64,000 bases of DNA from the sequence record NC_041917.1; one strand, 5' to 3'. Made by a program: the position numbers and the translations under genes. Positions 46,628-57,487 of this stretch are shown here, one piece after another. The number at the start of each line of letters is the position of its first letter. The first letter of the stretch is position 1. The notes below the pieces were generated by a model. It searched no databases and was not told the DNA's origin. It was given only the letters and a program-made list of their open reading frames with translations.

Positions 46628-46972
46628 ATGATCAGAAAGGATTCGACTGAAATAAATCCGTATATCTTAGATGAAGATACTCGGTATAAAGTAAACATGA
46701 CTCATTTCACATTAGGTGAAGGTGGTCTTCGCAATATGCAGCAACGTCATCATGACCGTTTAGCAAAGGTTAAAGAACTGGCTGAAAGTTTAGGTGTTGA
46801 ATACACTCCATGCTTACCTTCACCAGAAGATATAATCAAAAAGACGGAAATGATTAAAGTCTACCATGAAAATAAAGAACTATATGATTCAGTACTAGAA
46901 CAAGTATTATCTGTTTGTACTGCTGAAGAAGTTCTTGATTTTTTGGAGAAGCAAATAAACAGCCCTAAATAA
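46628..46972 (+). CDS. Hypothetical protein
   Basis: GGAG RBS, 114 aa. Confidence 0.65.
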   Translation: MIRKDSTEINPYILDEDTRYKVNMTHFTLGEGGLRNMQQRHHDRLAKVKELAESLGVEYTPCLPSPEDIIKKTEMIKVYHENKELYDSVLEQVLSVCTAEEVLDFLEKQINSPK

Positions 46973-46974
46973 AA

Positions 46975-47259
46975 GTGAAGGAACAATCCTTCACATTACA
47001 ATTTGGGAGAAAATTTATGCTTAGTTTTCGTGATCAATTAGCAAAAGGTATTTTTGAAAGTACAAAATCAAATGTTAATATTCCAAAGAAATCAGCATTC
47101 TTAGGAAAGATTACTGAAGATGGATTCTGTGACTATGATGTTCCAGAAGACACTTGGTATCTAACGCGAGATTTAAAACGAGGCTCTAGACTTCACCAAA
47201 GTAATATAGCGAGACAGCATCGCAAAGAGACAAAGCGAATCCGTTCAGGATTAAATTAA
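46975..47259 (+). CDS. Hypothetical protein
   Basis: 94-aa ORF with GTG start. Confidence 0.5.
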   Translation: MKEQSFTLQFGRKFMLSFRDQLAKGIFESTKSNVNIPKKSAFLGKITEDGFCDYDVPEDTWYLTRDLKRGSRLHQSNIARQHRKETKRIRSGLN

Positions 47260-47262
47260 TAC

Positions 47263-47291
47263 AAAAGGACTTCTTCGGAAGTCCTTTTTTC
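47263..47291 (+). terminator. Intrinsic terminator
   Basis: AAAAGGACTTC-ttcg-GAAGTCCTTTT. Confidence 0.85.
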
Positions 47292-47303
47292 ACTTGAGGT
47301 TTT

Positions 47304-47804
47304 ATGATAAACTATTATTATGGTGATTTGTTCGAACATGTGGATGAATTACTTACAGGCGGTGACTGTGTAACCCATTTTATTATTCATGGGTGTAATG
47401 CTCAGGGACGTATGGGAACTGGATTTGCAAAAACACTTCGTGCAAAATATCCAGGAGCATACGAAGAATATAGAAAAGAATATAGTGCAAATAATAATAG
47501 ACTTCAAGTAGGAAGTGTAATAAATTATGCACATAGTACTGATTTGATTATCAGTAACGCCATAACCCAAGATTTCTATGGTTATGATGGTGGTAAATAT
47601 GTTAGTTATGATGCAATCGATACTGCTTTTGCAGAACTTGATAGTATCGCTAAAGTACTAAAAACTCTTAGTGGAGTTGAAGAAGTTCATTTTCATTTCC
47701 CTAAAATCGGTTCTGACTTAGGTGGTGGTCATTGGGATGTTATTGAATCTATCATCGATCACCGTGTACAGAACGCAACCAAGAATCTATATGAACTAAG
47801 ATAA
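47304..47804 (+). CDS. Macrodomain (ADP-ribose-processing; T4 Tk.4 / TARG1 / DarG-like)
   Basis: GDLFE, IIHGCNAQGRMGTGFAKTLRAKYP, NAITQDFYG, FPKIGSDLGGGHW. Confidence 0.9.
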   Translation: MINYYYGDLFEHVDELLTGGDCVTHFIIHGCNAQGRMGTGFAKTLRAKYPGAYEEYRKEYSANNNRLQVGSVINYAHSTDLIISNAITQDFYGYDGGKYVSYDAIDTAFAELDSIAKVLKTLSGVEEVHFHFPKIGSDLGGGHWDVIESIIDHRVQNATKNLYELR

Positions 47805-47832
47805 GTTCAAACTAATTAACAAGGAATGTTAT

Positions 47833-48156
47833 ATGTCTAAAGTAAATGCAAGTGTAAAACTAATTTTTATTAACGGTGTTGGTCCTCTTATTGGTACTGT
47901 GCAATCAGAAGCAACTGATGCAATCGTTATGAGAAATCCATGTCAATTTGGACTAGATGAAGATGGTAATTTTATCATTCGTGATTATCTAGAAGGTATT
48001 ACCAATCCAAATGAGCCTGTGATTTTCATGAAGTACGCAATTGTTTCTATGAATGTTCCTGAAGAATCTATTGCATTGGCGTATGTTGACGCAATCGATG
48101 CACTTGAAGCACAGAAATCAAAAGTATTTGTACCGGACAATAAAATCATTATCTAA
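47833..48156 (+). CDS. Hypothetical protein (Sm-like fold possible)
   Basis: AAGGA RBS, 107 aa. Confidence 0.65.
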   Translation: MSKVNASVKLIFINGVGPLIGTVQSEATDAIVMRNPCQFGLDEDGNFIIRDYLEGITNPNEPVIFMKYAIVSMNVPEESIALAYVDAIDALEAQKSKVFVPDNKIII

Positions 48157-48169
48157 TGGTAACTAAACA

Positions 48170-48532
48170 ATGAGTGTACATCAAGTAATTATCGTAGTAA
48201 AAGATTTAGAACCAATGCAATTAGTTCGTATGAGTGTAAGGGCTGGTATGGAAATAATGAATCAATTTGACCCAACACGTACTGCATATGCAGGTTCACA
48301 TGAACATAAGAACTTTAATGCATGGTTTGATGAATGGATTGAAGCGGGTTCACCTCAAAATATATATGTAGCTGATGAGTCAGCAGGATTAGATGAAGTT
48401 GAATTTCATGCTAATCTAGAAGGTGCACCAACAAACTTTATTCAAGACGGATCAAATTCAACTATTCTAGTAGTTGGACCATTTGATTCTGCACGATTGA
48501 ATTACTATACTCAGAACTGTAAACCAATCTAA
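48170..48532 (+). CDS. Peptidyl-tRNA hydrolase 2 (PTH2)-like protein, degenerate
   Basis: HQVIIVVKDL...W...G...TILVVGPFD pattern; canonical GK..AQ motif absent. Confidence 0.5.
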   Translation: MSVHQVIIVVKDLEPMQLVRMSVRAGMEIMNQFDPTRTAYAGSHEHKNFNAWFDEWIEAGSPQNIYVADESAGLDEVEFHANLEGAPTNFIQDGSNSTILVVGPFDSARLNYYTQNCKPI

Positions 48533-48584
48533 AACATTTACCCCTAAATATGTTATACACAAACATGTTTAGGGGTATTTTTTT

Positions 48585-49367
48585 ATGTATAATTATGCTG
48601 GTAATCCAGATTCTCCACAGTACGATCACCGTGAAGAATTAAAACGTGTTATTACTGTAATGCTAGGTGCAGGTGCAGTGAATGTTGAAATCACTGATGA
48701 ACAACTCGAAGTTTGTATAGATAATTCTGTAGCTAACTATCGTGCTTGGTCAGCAGCTTCTAAAGAAGAAGCATTCTTGCATATGAAATTCTATGAATCA
48801 GACTCAGTTTATGTACTACCAACTGAAGTAGAAATAGTTCGCAGAATTTATCGCCGTGGTAATGGTGTAGTATCTGGTTCAGGTGCTACTGTAGATCCAT
48901 TCTCACTTGCTTATAGTAATACATATCTATTAAGTGCAGTCCGTGGAAGTACTGGTGGTGGTCTATTAACTTATGATCTATATCACCAGTTTGATAGTAC
49001 TGTTGGTCGTTTGTTTGGTCGTGAGATCATGTTCTTATGGAATCCGGTCACAAAGAAACTAACATTAGAGCGTGATATTCGTGGTGAGGAAGAAGTACTT
49101 TTACACGTATATCATAATAAACCTGAAGCCATGCTTTTCAGAACACAAATGTCTTATCCGTGGTTACGTGATTGGGCATTGTCTGAAGCAATGATGATTT
49201 TAGGTAGAAACCGTGTTAAATTTGCAACACTTCCTGGACCACAAGGTACATTCTCTATGGATGGTGCTGATTTGGTTCAGAATGCAATTCGTATGCAAGA
49301 AGACTTAAAACAACGCTTACACAATCATGAAGATGGTAGTGACCCATTATCATTCATTATTGGCTAA
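48585..49367 (+). CDS. Neck protein (T4 gp13-like)
   Basis: MLGAGAVNVEITDEQLEVCIDNSV...LP...WLRDWALS...GRNRVKF..LPGP; late promoter upstream. Confidence 0.75.
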   Translation: MYNYAGNPDSPQYDHREELKRVITVMLGAGAVNVEITDEQLEVCIDNSVANYRAWSAASKEEAFLHMKFYESDSVYVLPTEVEIVRRIYRRGNGVVSGSGATVDPFSLAYSNTYLLSAVRGSTGGGLLTYDLYHQFDSTVGRLFGREIMFLWNPVTKKLTLERDIRGEEEVLLHVYHNKPEAMLFRTQMSYPWLRDWALSEAMMILGRNRVKFATLPGPQGTFSMDGADLVQNAIRMQEDLKQRLHNHEDGSDPLSFIIG

Positions 49368-49408
49368 CATAAATACACCATAATTGGAAACAGTATGGTG
49401 GGTATTAT

Positions 49409-49666
49409 ATGCGTTACAAAGCGTTTTTAGGTTCAGATGAATTCACATACAGTGATGAATGCACTGAATTATATAACAAAGTGAGTTCATTTATGACTAA
49501 CATTGCTGAGTCCGATGGTAGTACAGGCACGTTTGAAATTGTTCAGGAACCTCTTTGTGAGATTCCATTATTTTATGCTTTAGTTGATTTTCCAACATGG
49601 GCTGAAGCATTATTTTTAATACAATTTCGTGAATATAGTTGGGATATTTTGGAAGAATCTGAATAA
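49409..49666 (+). CDS. Hypothetical protein
   Basis: 85-aa ORF; TAAATA at 49370. Confidence 0.6.
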   Translation: MRYKAFLGSDEFTYSDECTELYNKVSSFMTNIAESDGSTGTFEIVQEPLCEIPLFYALVDFPTWAEALFLIQFREYSWDILEESE

Positions 49667-49701
49667 GGTTCTTCCTTTTTTCGTTTAAAGGAAATATAAA
49701 C

Positions 49702-50388
49702 ATGGAACGTACAATAGTAGCAATTAATGGGACAATTGGATCTGGTAAAGATACTTTTGCACAAATATTCGTTGAAAATGGTTTTCATAGAGTATCATAT
49801 GCAGAATCATTAAAAGATGCAGTAAGTTATATTTTTGGTTGGGACAGAGAAATGTTAGAAGGGTCAACACCAGAATCAAGAATAATTAGAGAGCAACCGG
49901 ATGAGTATTGGAGCAAAGTACTTGAACGAGAAGTAACTCCACGTTGGGTATTACAAAATTTCGGTACTGACGTATGTAGACGATTTTTTCATGATAACAT
50001 TTGGGTGTTCAGTTTAGAACATAAAATTAGAAATATGGATTATGATAAAATAATTATTTCTGATTGTCGTTTTCCAAATGAATTAAAAATGATTCGTGAA
50101 AATAATGGAATTATTATTGAAGTACAAAGGACATTACCAGATTGGTATTTTGATGCAGTTGATTATAATATTGAGTGTGAAAGAAAACTAGCAGGATATG
50201 TTTTGGATTCTAAATTAGACAATGAACTTGGAATTACTGCCAGTAAACCTAGCTCACTAGCTAATGTTCATTCATCTGAATATGGTTGGGTTGGTATAAA
50301 TCGTCCTGATTTTATTGTAGAAAATACCTCCACTATTGAGCATTTACACAATCAAGCTTACCAAATTTTATCACAAATTAGTATATAA
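49702..50388 (+). CDS. Deoxynucleoside monophosphate kinase (T4 gp1-like)
   Basis: INGTIGSGKDT, TPRWVLQNFGTD, IIISDCRFPNE, HSSE. Confidence 0.9.
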   Translation: MERTIVAINGTIGSGKDTFAQIFVENGFHRVSYAESLKDAVSYIFGWDREMLEGSTPESRIIREQPDEYWSKVLEREVTPRWVLQNFGTDVCRRFFHDNIWVFSLEHKIRNMDYDKIIISDCRFPNELKMIRENNGIIIEVQRTLPDWYFDAVDYNIECERKLAGYVLDSKLDNELGITASKPSSLANVHSSEYGWVGINRPDFIVENTSTIEHLHNQAYQILSQISI

Positions 50389-50411
50389 ATTAGTTTTCAT
50401 ACATAACTTTA

Positions 50412-50471
50412 AATCCTCCAATAAATAACAGTATACGAATATTCGAATAAACCCAAAATTTTTGGAGGATT
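50412..50471 (+). promoter_or_regulatory. Late promoter with RBS-sequestering hairpin for the sheath gene
   Basis: AATCCTCCAA (50412-21) pairs with TTGGAGGATT (50462-71); TAAATA at 50422-27 lies between them. Confidence 0.7.
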
Positions 50472-50473
50472 AA

Positions 50474-53125
50474 ATGGCTGATTTACTATCACCTGGTGTA
50501 AGTGTAACAGTTACCGATGAAACTATTAGTTCAACTAGCGGTGCAGGTACTGTACCATTGTTTGTCATTGCGACGGCACAAGACAAGCTAGTTACAGGAA
50601 GTACTTCTGTAGCTGCTGGAACAACTAAAGCTAATGCAGGAAAACTACAACTTATTACATCACAACGAAATGCTCTTGAAATGTACGGATCACCAATATT
50701 TCAAAAAAGTAATGGATCTGTCGTTCAAGGCGACGAACTTAATGAATATGGCCTACACGCCGTATATAGCTACATGGGTATTGCAAACCGTGCATATGTA
50801 GTTCGTGCTGATGTTGATATGGCACAACTAGCACCAACAGGAACTGAACCTACCGGTCCAGTAACTAACGGTACACTATGGCTAGATACTTCTGCAACGC
50901 AAATTGAAGCGTATGTAGCACGTATTGCTAACCCAACCAGTTTTTATGACTGGCAACTAAAACCTGTAACAATTGTCAGTTATGAAGATATTGATGATGT
51001 TCCTACTAATACTCTCAATGTAGATGATTTAGTACTACGTCATATCCCAAGTACTGGACAAATGCTAATGTATAAATTCGAAGCTATTGGCTTAGTACAG
51101 GTTGAAACTTATCTATCACCAATTAACAAAGTGCCAACAGGTACTGGTATCCTTAAAGGGAATATTTGGATTCGTGATGGTTATACAAAAAATGGATCAA
51201 ACTACTTCGGTACTCGTTTCGTACTAAAACGTTATGCTTCTCTAACTGCCGTTTGGAATGAAGTAAACGTATGGACTGGTAACAGTTTCTATGAAATTGA
51301 ATCTAAAGCTGGTACGTTTGATAATACATATTTCGGTTCACTATTTGATGAAGACAGTAAGAGTTTTTCTCTATATACTAAGTCTGGAAGCATTGCTGCA
51401 ATTTCTGCACCTGCAACACCAATTGGTCAATCTTCTAGCCAAGTTGCTACAAGTATTGGTTATTTGACAATCAAGTATTTGAACAAGTCAGTACAAGTTC
51501 CTGCTATTTTACAATCTCAGGCAATCACTACTGCAAATCTAATTGCAAATCTAAATCAAAGTGCTGTATTAATCAATGCCGGATTTACATTTACAGGTAC
51601 AAATGCTCTTGTTGTAACAAACAAAAATGGATATAGCTTCCAAGTGTCTGCATCTGGACAACAAATTTTCAACACGGCTGAATTGGCTAAATTAACAGTT
51701 GATAGTAATAACTATTCACTAATTAATGTAAACAATCTACGTGTTAGTGCAACAACTCCAACTGCAAAAGCAGCTAATGGTACGTACTGGTATGATTTCA
51801 GTAATTCTGATTCATTGAAAGTAACTATGTATGTTGCAAATGTTAGTACTGAAGATTGGGATCTAATTGTTGAGTCTGACCAATATGTACAACTAGATGA
51901 ACCAGCAGCAGATCGTGATTTTTGGGTTAAACCATTATCACAAGGTGTTGAAGGATATGAATTCTATCGTAATGTTAGCGGTTCATGGGTAAAACTAGAT
52001 TCAACCGACCAAAGTACTCTAAACGGTATGGTATTTGAAGACTTTACTTCTGGTAATGTTCCAAGTGCTGCATTATACCAAAATGGTATGTTAGCAATCG
52101 ACTTAGGTAATACTGAAGGTGTTGTAAAAGTCATGACTAACGGCATTTGGACTATTGCTAGTGGTGTAGCGTTAGATGGAGCTGGTCTATTTGGTCGTGC
52201 GGCTCAACGTCAAATCATTGTTGAAGCTTTAGCTGCTGTTGTTATTGGTAATGAAGAAATTCGTGCTGAAAGTATTGACTATAACTTAGTGTGTGTTCCT
52301 GGTTATGTTGAACTATTAGATGAACTAGTAACTCTAAACACTGACCGTAAAGAAACTGCATTCATCGTAACTGATGTTCCTGCACGTTTAGCACCATCAA
52401 GTACTGATGTTCAAGCTTGGGCGACCAATGCTAATAACGCAGCAAGTAATGGTGATGTTGGTCGTACAACTGGATATGCATATGCTGCACAGTATATGGG
52501 ATGGTGTCTAAGTACTAACGTTGATGGTTCAGAAATTGCTGTTCCAGGAAGTACGGTTGCAATGCGTACATATGCTTATAGCGATAGCGTAAGTTATGTA
52601 TGGTATCCACCTGCTGGTACACAACGTGGTGTTGTAACAAATGCTGCATCCGTAGGTTTCATTAATAGTGAAGGTGAATATGCTCCTGTAGTATATAACC
52701 AAGGCCAACGTGATACAATGTATGTTAACAAAATTAACCCAATTGCAATGCGTCCTAATCGTGGATTGCTAGTATACGGTGATAAAACTCTAGCACCAGA
52801 TGATGGTTCTGCACTAAGTCGTGTGAACGTAGCTCGTCTAGTAGTTTATATTCGTCGTCAATTGGAAATTATGGCAGAACCATTCTTATTCCGTTTGAAT
52901 ACACCAAGTACTCGTCAAGAGTTTACATCTGTAGTTAACAACTTCTTAGCTGAAATTGTTCAATTAAATGGTTTGTATGACTTCTTAGTAGTATGTGATG
53001 AATCAAATAACACTACAACTCGTATCGATAGAAATGAATTGTGGATGGATATTGCACTTGTACCAACTCGTTCAATTAACTTCATCTATATACCAATTCG
53101 TCTAGAAAACAGTTTAACACAATAA
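50474..53125 (+). CDS. Contractile tail sheath protein
   Basis: LLSPGVSVTVTD N-terminus; WYPPAGTQRG, NKINPI, YGDKT, LSRVNVARL, RIDRNELWMDIALVPTRSINFIYI. Confidence 0.95.
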   Translation: MADLLSPGVSVTVTDETISSTSGAGTVPLFVIATAQDKLVTGSTSVAAGTTKANAGKLQLITSQRNALEMYGSPIFQKSNGSVVQGDELNEYGLHAVYSYMGIANRAYVVRADVDMAQLAPTGTEPTGPVTNGTLWLDTSATQIEAYVARIANPTSFYDWQLKPVTIVSYEDIDDVPTNTLNVDDLVLRHIPSTGQMLMYKFEAIGLVQVETYLSPINKVPTGTGILKGNIWIRDGYTKNGSNYFGTRFVLKRYASLTAVWNEVNVWTGNSFYEIESKAGTFDNTYFGSLFDEDSKSFSLYTKSGSIAAISAPATPIGQSSSQVATSIGYLTIKYLNKSVQVPAILQSQAITTANLIANLNQSAVLINAGFTFTGTNALVVTNKNGYSFQVSASGQQIFNTAELAKLTVDSNNYSLINVNNLRVSATTPTAKAANGTYWYDFSNSDSLKVTMYVANVSTEDWDLIVESDQYVQLDEPAADRDFWVKPLSQGVEGYEFYRNVSGSWVKLDSTDQSTLNGMVFEDFTSGNVPSAALYQNGMLAIDLGNTEGVVKVMTNGIWTIASGVALDGAGLFGRAAQRQIIVEALAAVVIGNEEIRAESIDYNLVCVPGYVELLDELVTLNTDRKETAFIVTDVPARLAPSSTDVQAWATNANNAASNGDVGRTTGYAYAAQYMGWCLSTNVDGSEIAVPGSTVAMRTYAYSDSVSYVWYPPAGTQRGVVTNAASVGFINSEGEYAPVVYNQGQRDTMYVNKINPIAMRPNRGLLVYGDKTLAPDDGSALSRVNVARLVVYIRRQLEIMAEPFLFRLNTPSTRQEFTSVVNNFLAEIVQLNGLYDFLVVCDESNNTTTRIDRNELWMDIALVPTRSINFIYIPIRLENSLTQ

Positions 53126-53130
53126 ACTTA

Positions 53131-53156
53131 AAGGGAGCCTTATGGCTCCCTTTTTT
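53131..53156 (+). terminator. Intrinsic terminator
   Basis: AAGGGAGCC-ttat-GGCTCCCTT plus T run. Confidence 0.85.
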
Positions 53157-53235
53157 ATTACTGAAATCCACATCTATGCTAAAAACTTTATAAATACATT
53201 AAAGATTATTCCTTAAATTATTAGGAGAGATAATA

Positions 53236-53926
53236 ATGGCAAATTTACTGGATAAATATGGTGTTCCAATTCCAGGTGGCAGTCGTGCTCCAATGAAGCA
53301 ACCTAAGCCAAAGTACCGTTTCAGAATTTTATTCTTTGGATTCGGTAATGCGGAAGATGGTAACTACATTGCACTAGACACGAATACTGTAGGCACACCT
53401 CATGTTGAACATGAAAACGTAACTGTTCACAGTTACAACAGTAGTGCTCACTACAAAGGGAAGTACACATGGAGTACTATTGAAGTCGCATTTCGTGACT
53501 CAGTAGGTAACATGTCATTGAAAGCCCTTTATAACCAAATGCGTAAAGAATTCAACTACTACTCACAAGAATCTCGTATGACGGGTTCTCAGTATAAGTT
53601 TGAAATGTGGATTCAAGCTCTTGACGGTTCTAATAGTGAAAATACTACAAACCTATATCCAAGGTACGCTTCATACTTGGATCTGTCAAGGTTGTTTCAT
53701 TACTGAAAGTAATTTCGGTGATTGGGATTACTCAAGCTCAGAAGCTCAAGTTATTACTGCAACAATTCAACCAGATGGTTGTGTACTAGTTGGTCCAGAA
53801 GGACAAGCTCTTGGTGATGAAGTTACTGGTAACGGTACTCCTGAAAATGCGGTGGCTATTACGTCTAGCCCAACAGCAGTTAATTCAGATACATTACCTG
53901 ATTCAAACTTCTACGAAGGACAATAA
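53236..53926 (+). CDS. Tail tube protein 1, split by a +1 frameshift near 53659-53661
   Basis: Frame 1 gives QPKPKYRFRI...GKYTWSTIEVAFRD; frame 2 gives TWICQGCFITESNFGDWDYS...ITATIQPDGC. Both halves align to paralog 54014. Confidence 0.8.
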
Positions 53927-53935
53927 TAATATCCT

Positions 53936-53964
53936 AAAAGCCCTGACTAGTCAGGGCTTTTTTT
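53936..53964 (+). terminator. Intrinsic terminator
   Basis: AAAAGCCCTGAC-ta-GTCAGGGC-T7. Confidence 0.8.
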
Positions 53965-54013
53965 ATTGCTAAATAATAATATAAATTCCAAATCTAAATA
54001 GGGGAAAGTATAA

Positions 54014-54787
54014 ATGGCAAATATGATGGATAAGTATGGTGTTCCTCTACCAAGTGGACGAAATAAAACCATGAGCCAGCCCAAAATTAAACATAAATTT
54101 AGAGTTGTTGTATCAAATTTTGGTACTGATATTGATGAAAAAGATCATGTTGCATTAGAGGCATCAGAAGTTGATCGTCCTAGTGTTAGTTTTGAAACTC
54201 ACCAATTATATCAGTTCGCAACAAACACTTCTTATGTTGGGCGTTGGGATTGGAAACCAATAACACTTACAATTCGTGATTCAGTTGATAATAAAGTAGC
54301 TAAATCTATTATTCGTCAACTACAAAAACAACTAGATTTCCAAAGACGAATATCTGCGAAATCTGAACAAGAATATGCTGGATATAAATTCCGCATGATG
54401 ATTGAAACTACTGGCGGTGCAAATCCTGATGATTCATTGACTAATCTTGGTCGTGATACAGCAGTTGATGCAGGTACTGCAATTACTAATAATGCAGGAT
54501 TAGTTAATGCTATCGATGATTTTGTTGGTGGAAATGGCTATAATGCAGTTAGTACTATAGATCGTTGGGTATGCTATGGTTGTATCATTACTGATATATC
54601 ATGGGATTCATTAGATTATGGTTCATCACAATTCTTGACTATTAAGTTAACTATTAAACCAGATAATTGTGTACAGTACGATATGATTGAAGAAATGTAT
54701 TCTGATCGTATTAGTTCATTACTACCAGATAGTGTAGATAATGCATTAGATATTGTAGATAAAATATTTGGATCAGCGGGAATTTAA
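54014..54787 (+). CDS. Tail tube protein 2
   Basis: QPKIKHKFRV, VGRWDWKPITLTIRD, RWVCYGCIITDISWDSLDY. Confidence 0.8.
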   Translation: MANMMDKYGVPLPSGRNKTMSQPKIKHKFRVVVSNFGTDIDEKDHVALEASEVDRPSVSFETHQLYQFATNTSYVGRWDWKPITLTIRDSVDNKVAKSIIRQLQKQLDFQRRISAKSEQEYAGYKFRMMIETTGGANPDDSLTNLGRDTAVDAGTAITNNAGLVNAIDDFVGGNGYNAVSTIDRWVCYGCIITDISWDSLDYGSSQFLTIKLTIKPDNCVQYDMIEEMYSDRISSLLPDSVDNALDIVDKIFGSAGI

Positions 54788-54799
54788 GAGGGATAATAT

Positions 54800-56352
<1,553 letters not shown>

Positions 56353-56353
56353 T

Positions 56354-56911
56354 ATGAAAGCAAAACGTAGTGTAGAAGAAGCTTTAGGTCTTCCATCAAC
56401 TGACGAATTGAAAAAAATTCTTGGAGATAATTATGACGAGAATGATTTATATTCAGATGAAGATGACGAAGATAGTACTGAAATTACTGGCGTGGACGTA
56501 GATGAAGCAAGACGTTCAATGCAACAATTAAAAGAATATCGTGAACAATTAAAAGATATTCCAGATATAACAAACCGAAAATCACATCTAGACAGATTGG
56601 CAAAATTAGCCGAAGATAAGTTCGAAGATATTTTTGATAGAGGATTTAATTGCGAAGATAGATTTATGGCTGAGATTATCAATGCTGCAAATGCTATGTT
56701 AAAGATTGCACTTGATGCACATTCTAAGGTTATTGATTCTGATATTAAATTAATTGATATGCAAATCAAGAAAGATAAAATGGAAATTGAGTTAAATCTT
56801 AAACCAAAAACTGCTTTAGCCAATAATTCTGATCCAAATTCAATCGAAGGTGAGAAGGTAGTAGTTAAATCTCGGAATGAGCTACTTGCTTCGATGAATC
56901 GGAATAAATAA
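56354..56911 (+). CDS. Hypothetical helical protein, possibly small terminase-like
   Basis: 185 aa, helical/coiled; placement among morphogenesis genes only. Confidence 0.35.
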   Translation: MKAKRSVEEALGLPSTDELKKILGDNYDENDLYSDEDDEDSTEITGVDVDEARRSMQQLKEYREQLKDIPDITNRKSHLDRLAKLAEDKFEDIFDRGFNCEDRFMAEIINAANAMLKIALDAHSKVIDSDIKLIDMQIKKDKMEIELNLKPKTALANNSDPNSIEGEKVVVKSRNELLASMNRNK

Positions 56912-56938
56912 ATTAAAATACTGTGACTCGGAGTTAAC

Positions 56939-57484
56939 ATGAATAAATTACAGAAATTTTTAATAGATCTCACTCCAGAATATTCATATCGCGTAAAATT
57001 TGCATGTGAGCCAAGCTCAGAAGAATTGCATAAAGTTGTTTCTAGACTTACTGATAGATATGATGCTTTTGAAGTTGGTCCATTAAAGAAAACAATCTTC
57101 CAAGATCGTCCACTAGATTTTTTCAATCTAGATTGTGGTGAAATTTGGATGTTCGATTTTAAATGCAATCGTGGTGTGCAGCCTCAAGTACTTCTATTTG
57201 AAATTGGAAGTTTACTAAAATGGCCTGAAACGTTGATTCATATTCGTAATAATATGGAACCTTCTCAAGAAGAAATGGCTAATTCAGAAGATGATATTGA
57301 TTTTGATGAATATGAACCACGTCTTTTAGATCCTGATTATACTGAAGTTCCAGAGGTTAATGCCGAAGAATTAGGTGGTCAAGGTCGTGCAGATACTGCC
57401 GTGAAAGATGCAATTGAAAATTATAAAAAAGATAGAACACCATATGCAGAATACATGTCTGCTGGATTCGGTAAAAAGGAGTAA
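56939..57484 (+). CDS. Hypothetical protein (probable virion-associated)
   Basis: 181 aa; TAAATA at 56905. Confidence 0.6.
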   Translation: MNKLQKFLIDLTPEYSYRVKFACEPSSEELHKVVSRLTDRYDAFEVGPLKKTIFQDRPLDFFNLDCGEIWMFDFKCNRGVQPQVLLFEIGSLLKWPETLIHIRNNMEPSQEEMANSEDDIDFDEYEPRLLDPDYTEVPEVNAEELGGQGRADTAVKDAIENYKKDRTPYAEYMSAGFGKKE

Positions 57485-57487
57485 TCA

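Noticed and set aside
56431-57168. 245-aa minus-strand ORF
   Set aside because: Antisense shadow of two well-formed + strand genes; no RBS or motif, and composition mirrors the + strand codon bias.
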